Shown here: one piece after another, positions 48,295-58,804 of the stretch
Position numbering within the stretch: position 1 is the first letter of the stretch
Layout: each line of letters opens with the position of its first letter
Source of the DNA: an uncultured Planctomycetia bacterium
GTDB taxonomy: Bacteria; Omnitrophota; Gorgyraeia; 2-02-FULL-51-18; JAGOUK01
Reading direction: 5' to 3'
NCBI GenBank assembly: GCA_964430735.1
Contig: CAYSFB010000001.1
Span: 124,082-188,081 of the forward strand
Length of the DNA stretch: 64,000 nt
Made by a program: the position numbers and the translations under genes
The notes under the pieces: generated by a model
What the model was told of the DNA's origin: nothing
Seen by the model: only the letters and a program-made list of their open reading frames with translations
Database searches by the model: none

Positions 48295-49026
48295 TTACGC
48301 TCCTGCGGCGACGGGTTCGGGACGGACGGCGCCGTCTTCGGTGGTTTTAAAAACGATTTTTTCGGGGATGCGGCCCCAGCGTTCGACGTACATGCCCCAC
48401 GCGAACATCAGATTCGACGTGTTTTCGAAGTCCGGCTTCACCTCGGACTGCTTCTTGAGCGCGGCGTAAGCCTTCGCAAAATCCCCCTGCGCGTAGTACG
48501 ACACGGCCAGCAGGTGGTGCAAGTTCTCCCTGGCGGCGGCTTCGGGATCGGCGGCCGCGGCCTGTTCGGCGAAGCGGATGACGTCGGCACGGCGGGCGTC
48601 CCCTTTTTGGGCGGCGGTGCGCGCCAGCTTCAAAGGGATCTCAAAATTTTTGGGATCGGCCTTGGACGCCTCACCGAGATATTTAACCGACTGCTCTTCG
48701 GCTCCGGGCAAACCGGCGTTGGCAAAATAATGAAACAGCCAGCCGGCGTCGGCCATCATTCCGGGTTTGATTTTGGATGCCTCGGGCCAATTGGCGGAGT
48801 CGGAGAGCCACGCGTTGATGTCGGCCGCTTCTTCGCGAAGCTTGGTCTCGAACTCCTTGTCGTCGAACTCGGCATTGGGGACGTCGAAGTACTGGCCGAA
48901 GTATTCCGAAAAACTCTTGAGCTTGTATTCGTCGACGCGGCCGAGGTCGAGAGAAGCGGCCGCCGGACCGGGCAAAGCGGCCGCCAGAACGACAGCCAGA
49001 ACAAGGGCGGCGGCTCGGCGTGTCAT
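48295..49026 (-). CDS. Secreted hypothetical protein
   Basis: 243 aa with a signal peptide (MTRRAAALVLAVVLAAALPGPAAAS). I recognise no catalytic motif. Confidence 0.5.
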   Translation of the reverse strand: MTRRAAALVLAVVLAAALPGPAAASLDLGRVDEYKLKSFSEYFGQYFDVPNAEFDDKEFETKLREEAADINAWLSDSANWPEASKIKPGMMADAGWLFHYFANAGLPGAEEQSVKYLGEASKADPKNFEIPLKLARTAAQKGDARRADVIRFAEQAAAADPEAAARENLHHLLAVSYYAQGDFAKAYAALKKQSEVKPDFENTSNLMFAWGMYVERWGRIPEKIVFKTTEDGAVRPEPVAAGA

Positions 49027-49053
49027 CGGGCTTGGATGCGGAAAAATCCGCGC

Positions 49054-49368
49054 TTAGCGGACGAGCTTGTTTCCGGGTTTGCGCGGAGGATCGGTGGGGC
49101 CGCGGCCGGCAACTTTGGCGTTCTTGGTGAAGGCCGGCGCGAGTTCCGCGTTGATCTTCGCGTATTCGGGGTCGACCGTGACGCCGTTGTGGATCGCGTC
49201 GACGGGACATTCGGGAACGCAAAGGCCGCAGTCGATGCAGGTGTCCGGATCGATGATCATGAACGGTTCGCCCTTGTAATCGCCCGGGTGAATGCAGTCC
49301 ACCGGACAGACGGCCACGCACGACGCATACTGTTCTCCAAGACACTTGTTTCCGATGACATGCGGCAT
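49054..49368 (-). CDS. Ferredoxin (7Fe FdxA-like, [3Fe-4S][4Fe-4S])
   Basis: 104 aa. Two cysteine clusters: CxxxxxxCxxxC and CxxCxxC...CP. Confidence 0.8.
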   Translation of the reverse strand: MPHVIGNKCLGEQYASCVAVCPVDCIHPGDYKGEPFMIIDPDTCIDCGLCVPECPVDAIHNGVTVDPEYAKINAELAPAFTKNAKVAGRGPTDPPRKPGNKLVR

Positions 49369-49463
49369 AAAACTTCTCCTTCTTAGTCCCGCGCGGACGG
49401 CTGGGCCGGCGCGGTTCGTTGATTAAATTTGAGTGATTTTATCACAGGAAAACCCAAATGACA

Positions 49464-50099
49464 TCAAGCGGCTGGAAGAAAAACGAACCCCTTCGTCTCG
49501 CCCGTCCTGGGATCGCGGACCCGCGAGGTCATCTGATCCCGCAGCTCCTTGGGACAATCCGCTTCGGTCACGGCGGTTAGTCGCAGCGGTGGTTTGCCCC
49601 GATAATGGACGCGCGCCATGATTTCCTGACCGAGATAGCAACCTTTGGTGAACGAAACCAATTCAGGATCTGCAAGATTGAGCAGCATCGGGTCATCGTA
49701 GTCGGTCCCCTGAAGCGCCCAGCGGCTCCCCGCCGACCAGCGGAACAAACGGAACTCTTCTTCGGTCGCGGAAACGCCCCCGGACGATCCGCCGATTCGC
49801 AGCGACCCGTCCGCCAGGTCGCAGTCCACGCTCTCCGGACGGTCGCGCAATTCGGCTCCGGTCAAAAAAAGGTAGTTCTTGAGATGCTCCTTGAGACGTC
49901 CGGCAACGCTTCGGGCGACGACGAGCGTCGATCGCTCCGCGTCGGTCCGAAACGCGTGATAAACCGCGACAGCGCGGCCCTTCACGTCGATGAACGCTCC
50001 GCGCGCCGCGGTCGGCATCTGTGTGGTGTACGCCTGCAAAAAACGGTCCGCCGCCGGAGCAAGCTCCAAAAGCGCGGCGTCCATCCGGTAGAGCTTCAT
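49464..50099 (-). CDS. YgfZ/GcvT-like folate-binding protein (tRNA-modifying Fe-S cluster repair factor family)
   Basis: 211 aa. The YgfZ signature KGCYLGQE is present. Confidence 0.7.
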   Translation of the reverse strand: MKLYRMDAALLELAPAADRFLQAYTTQMPTAARGAFIDVKGRAVAVYHAFRTDAERSTLVVARSVAGRLKEHLKNYLFLTGAELRDRPESVDCDLADGSLRIGGSSGGVSATEEEFRLFRWSAGSRWALQGTDYDDPMLLNLADPELVSFTKGCYLGQEIMARVHYRGKPPLRLTAVTEADCPKELRDQMTSRVRDPRTGETKGFVFLPAA

Positions 50100-50130
50100 G
50101 GCTTGCAGAGCAGGAACGGGCGGGGCTGCG

Positions 50131-50496
50131 TCAGCTGGTCTTGCCGGCCGGGTTGAGCTTTTTGATCATGGTCCGATGGGGTTCGGCCAGCTCTTCAAAC
50201 TCTACTCCGACAAAATAGGCGCCGGGCCTTTCGGTCGCGGGCTGCACCCAGGTCACGCGGGCGCCGACGCGGATGGAGCTGTGGAACTCCGGAATATCGA
50301 TGTTCATCGCAATGTGCGTGTCGGCCTTGACCTGCTCGACGGAATAAAACAACAATCCGCCCTCGGACATGTTGATGAGCGCCGAATCCCCCTGGATCTC
50401 GCGGCCGTGCGGGCCGACTGCGCGGATCACGCGATAGGATTTAAAGCGAGGAAATTGCCGTTTGTCTTTGTGATGAGGCGGAGGAGTTTTTGACAT
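50131..50496 (-). CDS. PilZ domain c-di-GMP receptor (single domain)
   Basis: 121 aa, start at MSKTPPP. PilZ motifs RQFPR and INMSEGGL (DxSxGG). Confidence 0.75.
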   Translation of the reverse strand: MSKTPPPHHKDKRQFPRFKSYRVIRAVGPHGREIQGDSALINMSEGGLLFYSVEQVKADTHIAMNIDIPEFHSSIRVGARVTWVQPATERPGAYFVGVEFEELAEPHRTMIKKLNPAGKTS

Positions 50497-50698
50497 GCTA
50501 GATACCTTTCTAAGTGCAGGTTCGACCGGTCCCAATAGCTGGATCGTACCACACCGACTTTCATTTGTCACTTATTTTTGATAACTTTTGTCATAAGATA
50601 AAAACTAATCTGCTACTCTTGAAAGTAGTTGGTAATGAATGTATATTTCGTTCAGGCGCCAATGGGGAACCACCAACACCCCGCGAAGGAGGCAAGCC
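50497..50698. promoter_or_regulatory. AT-rich divergent promoter region with direct repeats (TTTGTCA...TTTTGTCA, TGATAA/AGATAA) and a short palindrome
   Basis: This is the only strongly AT-rich 100-nt stretch in the window. It sits between the divergent PilZ and FecR-like genes. A perfect AAGGAGG RBS lies upstream of the ATG at 50699. Confidence 0.5.
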
Positions 50699-51520
50699 AT
50701 GGTTAGATCCAAAACGATTTTAGCGATTCCCGCTGCGGCGCTGTCCGCCCTCTTCACGCTGACGCTCGCGCTCCCCTTGTCGTCCGTCAGCTACGCCGAC
50801 ACGGCAACTGCCAAGCCCATCGGCAAGATCATCTCTGTCAAACAGTCGGGTTATGCGACCCGCCTGCAACAGTCGGTCAAACACTCGGTCAAGGCGGGCG
50901 ACATCCTGTATGCCGGGGACCAGCTCGACGTCAAGAGCGGCAACGTCGTCCAGATCGCGCTGGACTCCGATAAGGAAAACATCATCCACATCCCCGGCGA
51001 CACGCTGGTCCAGATCACCAAGGATCGCGCGATCAATCTCGAGATGAGCCGCGGACAGGTGTTCGCGCTGCTGGACCGCCTGGAACCCGGAACCAAATTC
51101 CGGGTCGTCACTCCGACCGCTGTTTCGACCGTCCGCGGAACGTATTTTGGCGTCAAAATGGCGGGTACATCCACCGAAACCAGCGTCTACCGTGGTGAAG
51201 TCGGGGTGAACGGCCGTCAGGCGGACGGCAGAGCACTCGGCGCAGCCATCGGCGTTCGTGCCGGACAAAAGACGTCCGTCGCCCACACCGGCACGCGGCC
51301 CGCGGAGCCCAAACAAATGACCGAAGCGGAATTCAACCAGATCAATTCGGTGATCGCCGCCTTGGACGGCCTGAAAAAGCCGGTGGCGTACAGCGACGTG
51401 GCCGACGACGAAACGCGCGCGGACGCGGAGCGGAAGAACGGAAACGCGGACGTGAACCCCTCGGCCAAGAACGCCGTCACGGACGAAGAAGACACTCTGG
51501 GCGGCAAGGTCGTATTCTAA
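50699..51520 (+). CDS. Secreted FecR-domain protein
   Basis: 273 aa, start at MVRSKTIL preceded by AAGGAGG. Signal peptide and a FecR-like beta-sandwich region (GDILYAGDQLDVKSG...FRVVTPTAVSTVRGTYFGV). Confidence 0.65.
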   Translation: MVRSKTILAIPAAALSALFTLTLALPLSSVSYADTATAKPIGKIISVKQSGYATRLQQSVKHSVKAGDILYAGDQLDVKSGNVVQIALDSDKENIIHIPGDTLVQITKDRAINLEMSRGQVFALLDRLEPGTKFRVVTPTAVSTVRGTYFGVKMAGTSTETSVYRGEVGVNGRQADGRALGAAIGVRAGQKTSVAHTGTRPAEPKQMTEAEFNQINSVIAALDGLKKPVAYSDVADDETRADAERKNGNADVNPSAKNAVTDEEDTLGGKVVF

Positions 51521-52173
51521 CGTGAGGTTTTGACGCCGACGCGCTCGCAGGCGTCGGCGACGGGGCAGGTCGAGCAAAGCGGCGAAACCGGCCGGCAGTG
51601 ATTCTGGCCAAAAGCGACAAAAATCTGATTGATCGTACGCCAATGACGCGCGGGAAGTTTTTTCCTGAGCGTCATTTCCGTTTCGTCCGGCGTGCGTGTG
51701 CGGACAAAACCCATTCGGTTTGAGATCCGATGCACGTGCACATCCACGCAAATTCCGGGCTTCCCCCACCCCTGTGACAGCACCAGGTTCGCCGTCTTGC
51801 GTCCCACGCCCTGCAGTTCCAAAAGCCCTTCGATCGTGTCCGGCACCCGTCCGGCGAAGCGCTCGATGATCTGGCGGCTGACCGTATGCAAGACTCGGGA
51901 TTTGACCCGATAAAAACCGACCGGATAAATCAACGCCTGCAGCTCTTTTTCGGGAATCCTGAGAATCGCTTCCGGCGTGACCGCCCGGGCGAATAGGCGC
52001 TGCACCGCCCCCGCAGTCGTCTCGTCCTTGGTCCGCAGGCTCAAAAGACACGAAATCAGCACCCGGAACGGTCCCTGCCCCGTCTTGGCGATGAGCGTCA
52101 CGACCGGGGCATCCCAGCGACTCACCACGCGATCCAGCCGGGTCAGCACTTTTTCGAACACATCCGTCTTCAT
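51517..52173 (-). CDS. nth: Endonuclease III (HhH-GPD base-excision glycosylase with [4Fe-4S])
   Basis: 218 aa. HhH-GPD motif LQGVGRKTAN and Fe-S cluster cysteines CxxxxxxCxxCxxxxxC. Confidence 0.85.
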   Translation of the reverse strand: MKTDVFEKVLTRLDRVVSRWDAPVVTLIAKTGQGPFRVLISCLLSLRTKDETTAGAVQRLFARAVTPEAILRIPEKELQALIYPVGFYRVKSRVLHTVSRQIIERFAGRVPDTIEGLLELQGVGRKTANLVLSQGWGKPGICVDVHVHRISNRMGFVRTRTPDETEMTLRKKLPARHWRTINQIFVAFGQNHCRPVSPLCSTCPVADACERVGVKTSR

Positions 52174-52227
52174 CGCTCCATCCTAACGACCCGCCGGGGG
52201 AAGTCAAGGCGGTGAGCTTGTGGTAGG

Positions 52228-52935
52228 ATGAACGGCATGCCGACCTCCCTTGCCGAACGATCCGAGCGCTTGCTCCTGCCCCTCAAGGGCCTCCTTTTTC
52301 CTCCCGTCTGCCTGCTGTGCAACCGTCTCATGGGTCTCTCGGCCCGGGAATCCGTCTGCCTCACGTGCCGGCCCTTGCTTCCCCTGCGCGCCGGTGTTGG
52401 TGAGCCGGACGCCTCCGAAGCCCCGTTGGATGCCGTTTTTTCCCTTTACGCCTATGGACGCGGCGCGCGGCGGCTCGTGCATCGGATCAAATTGACAGGA
52501 GATCCGAGGGCCGGCCGCTGGCTGGATTCCGAGCTTCTGCGACTCTCGGAAACCCCGGAATTTATGACCAAATTCGGCGGCCGTTTCGATGCCGTCGTCC
52601 CCGTTCCTTCCCACCGGCGGAGCTCGCCGCTGAGTCCGTCCGGCGGCGCTGCCGGCTTGTGGGCGGAATGTCTTGCTTCTTTTTTCCAAATACCAGTCCG
52701 CGCGGCGCTCGTGCGCACCCGGACCGTCCCCAAGCAGACCTCGTTGAGCCGGACCCTCCGGATGACCGCGTCCATTTCCACGCTCGACGTCCGCTCGGCG
52801 CTCCTCAAGAACTGCCGCTCCGTTCTGCTCGCGGACGACGTCTACACGACCGGCGCCACGGCCCGCGCCTGCGCGCAGGCCCTCCGCTCGGCAGGCATCC
52901 CCCACGTCACGGCCGGCGTGATCGCCCGGGGATAA
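52228..52935 (+). CDS. ComF/GntX family phosphoribosyltransferase-domain protein
   Basis: 235 aa. N-terminal Cys pairs (CLLC...CLTC) and a C-terminal PRTase motif (VLLADDVYTTGAT). Confidence 0.75.
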   Translation: MNGMPTSLAERSERLLLPLKGLLFPPVCLLCNRLMGLSARESVCLTCRPLLPLRAGVGEPDASEAPLDAVFSLYAYGRGARRLVHRIKLTGDPRAGRWLDSELLRLSETPEFMTKFGGRFDAVVPVPSHRRSSPLSPSGGAAGLWAECLASFFQIPVRAALVRTRTVPKQTSLSRTLRMTASISTLDVRSALLKNCRSVLLADDVYTTGATARACAQALRSAGIPHVTAGVIARG

Positions 52936-52942
52936 CGCCGTC

Positions 52943-54040
52943 ATGCACCTGCTCCGCAACCACGTCCTCAGAGAAATCCGCAGCAACTTCTGGTCAACGA
53001 TGCTGATTCTGACCTTCGTGCTGCTGGTCGGCAATATCTTCACGAAGATGGTCGACCTCATCCTGAACCGCGGCGTCGATCCAATCGCAATCGCCCAGCT
53101 CGTGATTTACGGCACGCCCTTCCTGTGCATTTACACGCTGCCCATGGCCCTGCTCGTCGCCGTGCTGCTCGCGTTCGGCCGTCTGAGCGCCGACCACGAA
53201 CTGACCGCCCTGCGGGCCAGCGGCATCAGCCTCTCGCGGGTCGTGCGGCCGGTGCTGGTCCTGGCGGCCGTGCTGTCGCTGTTCACGTTTTATCTGAGCG
53301 ATCAGGTCGCGTCCAAAAGTCACTTCAAGATGCGCCAGGTCACCGCGGAGATCGGCCTGCAATCGCCCGCCGCCGCGCTGGAAGAAGGTGTTTTTATCAA
53401 AAGCTTCGGAGACCTCGTGATCTTCATCCACCGGATCGAAGGCAACGAACTCCATCAGGTCCGGATTTACCAGCCGCAACCCAAAGGCCCGACCCGCACC
53501 ATCGTCGCCGAGCGGGGGCAGCTCATCCCGATGCCCGAACAGAACGTGATCAAGCTCAAGCTCGAAAACGGCACCACCGACGAACCGGACGCCAACAACC
53601 CGGGCCGTTTCTACAAGCTGAAGTTCGGCACCTATTTCCTGCCGCTGGACCTGACCGGATTCAAGTTCAAGGCCAACCTGGAAAAGAAGCGCAAGGAGCT
53701 CTCGGTCCGCGAGCTCTGGGCACAGTTCCAGAAGCTCAAGCGCGAAGGCTTCGTCGACAACTATGTCCTAACGGAGATCCACCAGAAGATCGCGATGTCC
53801 ATGTCCGCCTTTTTGCTGACGCTGATCGCCATCCCTCTCGGCATTCGCGCCCACCGCAGCGAAAAGTCCGTCGGCTACGCGATCGCGCTGATCCTGGGAA
53901 CGGTTTATTGGGTCGTCCAGATCGGCGTCGCGGCGCTGGCCAAAACAGGTTCGGTTCCTCCGGCGCTGGCCATCCACCTGCCCAACGTCTTTTTTCTCGG
54001 GATCGGCCTCTACCTGCTCAAGCGGATGATCCGGTCATGA
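52943..54040 (+). CDS. lptF: LPS export ABC permease LptF (YjgP/YjgQ family)
   Basis: 365 aa. Six TM helices with a periplasmic beta-jellyroll insert. It is paired with lptG. Confidence 0.8.
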   Translation: MHLLRNHVLREIRSNFWSTMLILTFVLLVGNIFTKMVDLILNRGVDPIAIAQLVIYGTPFLCIYTLPMALLVAVLLAFGRLSADHELTALRASGISLSRVVRPVLVLAAVLSLFTFYLSDQVASKSHFKMRQVTAEIGLQSPAAALEEGVFIKSFGDLVIFIHRIEGNELHQVRIYQPQPKGPTRTIVAERGQLIPMPEQNVIKLKLENGTTDEPDANNPGRFYKLKFGTYFLPLDLTGFKFKANLEKKRKELSVRELWAQFQKLKREGFVDNYVLTEIHQKIAMSMSAFLLTLIAIPLGIRAHRSEKSVGYAIALILGTVYWVVQIGVAALAKTGSVPPALAIHLPNVFFLGIGLYLLKRMIRS

Positions 54041-55125
54041 TCCTGCTCCACCGCCACGTGCTCCGGTCCTTCGTCCGGCCGTTCATCTTCTGCTGCATCT
54101 TCTTCCTGACGATGTTCATCGTCGTGGACCTGCTGAACCAGCTGGACGAGTTTCTGGTGACCGGAACCGACGTCCGTGTGATCGGGCTCTATTACGCGGC
54201 CATGATCCCGGTCATTCTTTCCCAGATCCTTCCGGCGGCCGTGCTGCTCGCGGCCCTGTATGCGCTGGGCATCCTGAACCGTAACAACGAAATCACCGCC
54301 ATGAAGTCAAACGGTGTCTCCGGTTTCCGCATCCTGCAGCCCGTATTCCTGGCAGGGCTCGTGATCAGCTTCGCCCTTTTCGCGATGAACGAAACGATCA
54401 CCCCCAAAGCGACGGTCGCCTCCTCCTCCATCAAATACGGCCTGATCAAGAAAAAATCCACCAACATCAACGAGCGCTCGATCCAGAACGTGGCGCTGCT
54501 CACCGACCGGCACCGCATGGTGTACGCGCGCGAACTCATGGTCGGCACCCGGTCCATGTACGACGTCATCATCCTGGAACACCGCAGCGACATGACGCTC
54601 AAACGCAAAACGACGGCGCGCAGCGGCGTGTATCTGAACGGACAATGGGTTCTGTACGATGTACTGGAATACGACGTGGACGAACACGGCAACGTGACCG
54701 ACCGGCCCCGGACGCTGGAGCGCAAGGAGCTCGATCTCAAGGAGGGGCCGGAGGCGTTCATGACGCAGTACGCGCAGCCCGAGCACATGAGCTACTGGGA
54801 CTTGCGGCGTTACATCAAGGGTACGCGGATCACCGGTTACCGGGCGTCGAACCGGCTGCTGGTGGAGCTGTATGAAAAAATTTCGAGTCCGTTCGTATGC
54901 CTGGTCATGCTGCTGGTGTCCGCGCCGCTCGCGCTCATCTCGCGCCGGGGCGGAGCGATGCTGTCCATCGGCGTGGGTCTGCTCGTGATCGTGATCTTCT
55001 ACTCGTTCGCCGCCGTGTCGAGCGCGCTCGGCAAGGGCGGGATTCTCCCCCCGTTCGTCGCGGCTTGGCTCCCCAACGCCGCCTTCACCCTCATCGGCGC
55101 CTACCTCATCCGTAAAAATATCTAG
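54037..55125 (+). CDS. lptG: LPS export ABC permease LptG (YjgP/YjgQ family)
   Basis: 362 aa, start at MILLHRHVLRSF. The ATG overlaps the lptF stop as ATGA. The ORF track's 53125 start is a read-through in the same frame. Confidence 0.8.
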   Translation: MILLHRHVLRSFVRPFIFCCIFFLTMFIVVDLLNQLDEFLVTGTDVRVIGLYYAAMIPVILSQILPAAVLLAALYALGILNRNNEITAMKSNGVSGFRILQPVFLAGLVISFALFAMNETITPKATVASSSIKYGLIKKKSTNINERSIQNVALLTDRHRMVYARELMVGTRSMYDVIILEHRSDMTLKRKTTARSGVYLNGQWVLYDVLEYDVDEHGNVTDRPRTLERKELDLKEGPEAFMTQYAQPEHMSYWDLRRYIKGTRITGYRASNRLLVELYEKISSPFVCLVMLLVSAPLALISRRGGAMLSIGVGLLVIVIFYSFAAVSSALGKGGILPPFVAAWLPNAAFTLIGAYLIRKNI

Positions 55126-55140
55126 TCCTGTCCGTCGGTC

Positions 55141-55286
55141 CGCATTAAAAGAAAAAGGCAGTGTTTCCGAGACAGAGCCGCTCGCGCGCCGTCTAAGACA
55201 AGGCGCGCTCGCTCCTTGCTTCTCCTCGGCGGGGACGCCTCGTCGAAGCAAAAGTCTCTCCAACACTGCCTTTTTCTTTTAATGCG
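55141..55286. terminator. Bidirectional intrinsic terminator-like element: 25-bp perfect inverted repeat flanking a 96-nt GC-rich structured spacer
   Basis: cGCATTAAAAGAAAAAGGCAGTGTT at 55141-55165 is exactly complementary to AACACTGCCTTTTTCTTTTAATGCg at 55262-55286. The GC-rich inner stem GGCAGTGTT/AACACTGCC is followed by a U-tract in both orientations. It lies 16 nt after the lptG stop. Confidence 0.6.
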
Positions 55287-55516
55287 AAACGCTGACAGGA
55301 ATGTGTATTTTTACGGTGAGTCCGGAAATAAGGGGGTGGAGATTCGGGTCGGCGGAACGGCAGGACAGAGGCTTTCGTAGGGCTTTTTGTCCGAGGAGGC
55401 GTCCCCGCTGAGGAGGACAAATGGAGCGAGCGCGCCTCGTCTTTGACAGCGCGCTCGCGGCTATGCCCCGGAAAAGGCTTATGTCCTGCCGTTCCGCCGG
55501 AGCGGAACCGACAGAC

Positions 55517-56809
<1,293 letters not shown>

Positions 56810-56816
56810 TTACGGA

Positions 56817-58013
56817 TTAACGGACCAGCGCGGCGGAGCCGTGGCCGTTGGAACGGATTTTTTCTTCGACGTGGCGCTTCAAGTCCTGGACGCGGTCGGT
56901 TTTTTCCCACGTGAAGCCCTTTTCCGAGCGGCCGAAGTGACCGTAAGCGGCCGTCTTGCGGTACACGGGCTTGCGCAGGTCGAGCGTCCGGATGATGCCG
57001 TGAGGCGTGAGATCAAAGGTCTTGCGAACCGCAGCCCCAAGCACGTCGCTCGAGACCTTGCCGGTCCCGAACGTGTTGACCAGGACCGACACCGGTTCGC
57101 GCACGCCGATCGCATACGCGACCTGGATTTCGCAGCGGTCGGCGAGGCCGGCCGCGACGACGTTCTTGGCGATGTAACGCGCCATGTAGCAGGCGGAACG
57201 GTCCACCTTCGAGGGATCCTTGCCCGAAAAAGCGCCGCCGCCGTGAGGGGCCGCGCCGCCGTAGGTATCCACGATGATTTTGCGGCCGGTGAGGCCGGTG
57301 TCCGCGACGGGTCCGCCGACTTCAAAGCGGCCGGTGGGGTTCACGAAGATCTTGGTGTTCTTGTCGATCATCCTCTGAGGGATGATCGCCGCGTTCTTGA
57401 CGATATGCTTGATGACGTCCTTGCGGATGGTCGCCGACGAAACAGCCGGCTGGTGGTGCGTGCTGACGACGATGGCGTCGATGCGCAGGGGCTTGCCGTC
57501 CTCGTACTCAATGGTGACTTGGGCCTTGCCGTCCGGACGCAGGTATTTGAGCGCTTTGGACTTGCGAAGGTCCGCGAGCTGGCGCGTGATCCGGTGCGCG
57601 AGCGTGATCGCCATCGGCATAAGCTCCGGAGTTTCGCGGCAGGCGTAACCGAACATCATGCCCTGGTCGCCGGCGCCGCCGGTATCCACGCCCATCGCGA
57701 TATCGGGCGACTGTTGCTGGATGGCGGTCAATACGCCGCAAGAACGGCAGTCAAAACCGAGATCGGACTCGTCGTATCCGATGTCTTTAAGGGTTGCGCG
57801 GACCAGCTTGGGGATGTCCACGTAAGTCTTGGTGGTGACTTCGCCGGTAACGACGACCATGCCGGTCGTCACGAGCGTTTCGACGGCGACACGGCCCATC
57901 GGATCTTCCGCCATGATCGCGTCGAGCACGGAGTCCGAGATCTGATCACAAATTTTGTCGGGATGGCCTTCGGTGACGCTCTCGGAAGTGAAAAGGTAAC
58001 GCTCTTTTTTCAT
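56817..58013 (-). CDS. metK: S-adenosylmethionine synthetase
   Basis: 398 aa, start at [24 protein letters not shown]. MetK signatures GGGAFSGKD and GAGDQG. The upstream 24 codons are read-through. Confidence 0.9.
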   Translation of the reverse strand: MKKERYLFTSESVTEGHPDKICDQISDSVLDAIMAEDPMGRVAVETLVTTGMVVVTGEVTTKTYVDIPKLVRATLKDIGYDESDLGFDCRSCGVLTAIQQQSPDIAMGVDTGGAGDQGMMFGYACRETPELMPMAITLAHRITRQLADLRKSKALKYLRPDGKAQVTIEYEDGKPLRIDAIVVSTHHQPAVSSATIRKDVIKHIVKNAAIIPQRMIDKNTKIFVNPTGRFEVGGPVADTGLTGRKIIVDTYGGAAPHGGGAFSGKDPSKVDRSACYMARYIAKNVVAAGLADRCEIQVAYAIGVREPVSVLVNTFGTGKVSSDVLGAAVRKTFDLTPHGIIRTLDLRKPVYRKTAAYGHFGRSEKGFTWEKTDRVQDLKRHVEEKIRSNGHGSAALVR

Positions 58014-58036
58014 GTTCGTCTTTCCTTTACTGGATA

Positions 58037-58804
58037 TTAGAGAGCGGGACGCTCCCGGAACATGGCCTTGTCGGCCTCTGCCCATTGGTCAAAACTGCCG
58101 ATATCATACCATCGGCCCTTGAATTCATATGCCCGGACTTCGACGTGGTCCAGAAGCCACTTGATAAAATGACCGGGCGCATCCTTCACTTCCTTGCCTG
58201 ACAAGTACTCGTCCAAAAACGGCAGCACCCGCTTCGAAATTGCATAGACCCCCATGCTGACGCGGCTGGTCTTGGGCTGCATGGGCTTCTCTTCGATCGC
58301 CGTGACTTCCCCGTCTGCCGCCATCTCCACCGTGCCGTAGCGCCCGGCCGCGATCTTGGGGTCGCCCACGTCCGTCACGCCGATCAGCACGCCGTCGCCG
58401 CGTTCGTTGAACCGCGCCGCAAAGCCCGTCAAATCCTCGTCAAACAGGTTGTCGCTCGCCAGAACGATGATGTCGTCCGAGATGCGCGCTTCGCGCATCG
58501 CGAACCGCAAATCCCCCGTCGCGCCCAGGCGGTCGGCGTTGGACGTCGTGCCGTCGTTCAGGACGCGGATGGGCTTGCCGGCCGCAGACCGCTTCATCCG
58601 GCCTTTGGCCCAGACGGTGAACGGGCGGTAAAAAAGTTCGTTGGTCACCAGCACCGTCTCGGTGATTTCGGCAACCGAATCGACGCGGTCCATCAGATGA
58701 TCGAGCATGGTGCGGCCGCCGACGGATAGAAGCGCCTTGGGCTTCGTCCGTGTGACCGGATACAGGCGCGTGGCATAACCAGCGGCCAGGATCACAACCT
58801 TCAT
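58037..58804 (-). CDS. Sugar-phosphate nucleotidyltransferase (NDP-sugar pyrophosphorylase family)
   Basis: 255 aa. N-terminus [18 protein letters not shown]. Confidence 0.75.
   Translation of the reverse strand: MKVVILAAGYATRLYPVTRTKPKALLSVGGRTMLDHLMDRVDSVAEITETVLVTNELFYRPFTVWAKGRMKRSAAGKPIRVLNDGTTSNADRLGATGDLRFAMREARISDDIIVLASDNLFDEDLTGFAARFNERGDGVLIGVTDVGDPKIAAGRYGTVEMAADGEVTAIEEKPMQPKTSRVSMGVYAISKRVLPFLDEYLSGKEVKDAPGHFIKWLLDHVEVRAYEFKGRWYDIGSFDQWAEADKAMFRERPAL

Noticed and set aside
53125-54036. Upstream portion of the 666-aa ORF in the lptG frame
   Set aside because: It overlaps lptF out of frame and translates to Arg/Pro/Gly-rich junk. lptG starts at the ATG of the ATGA overlap with the lptF stop (54037).
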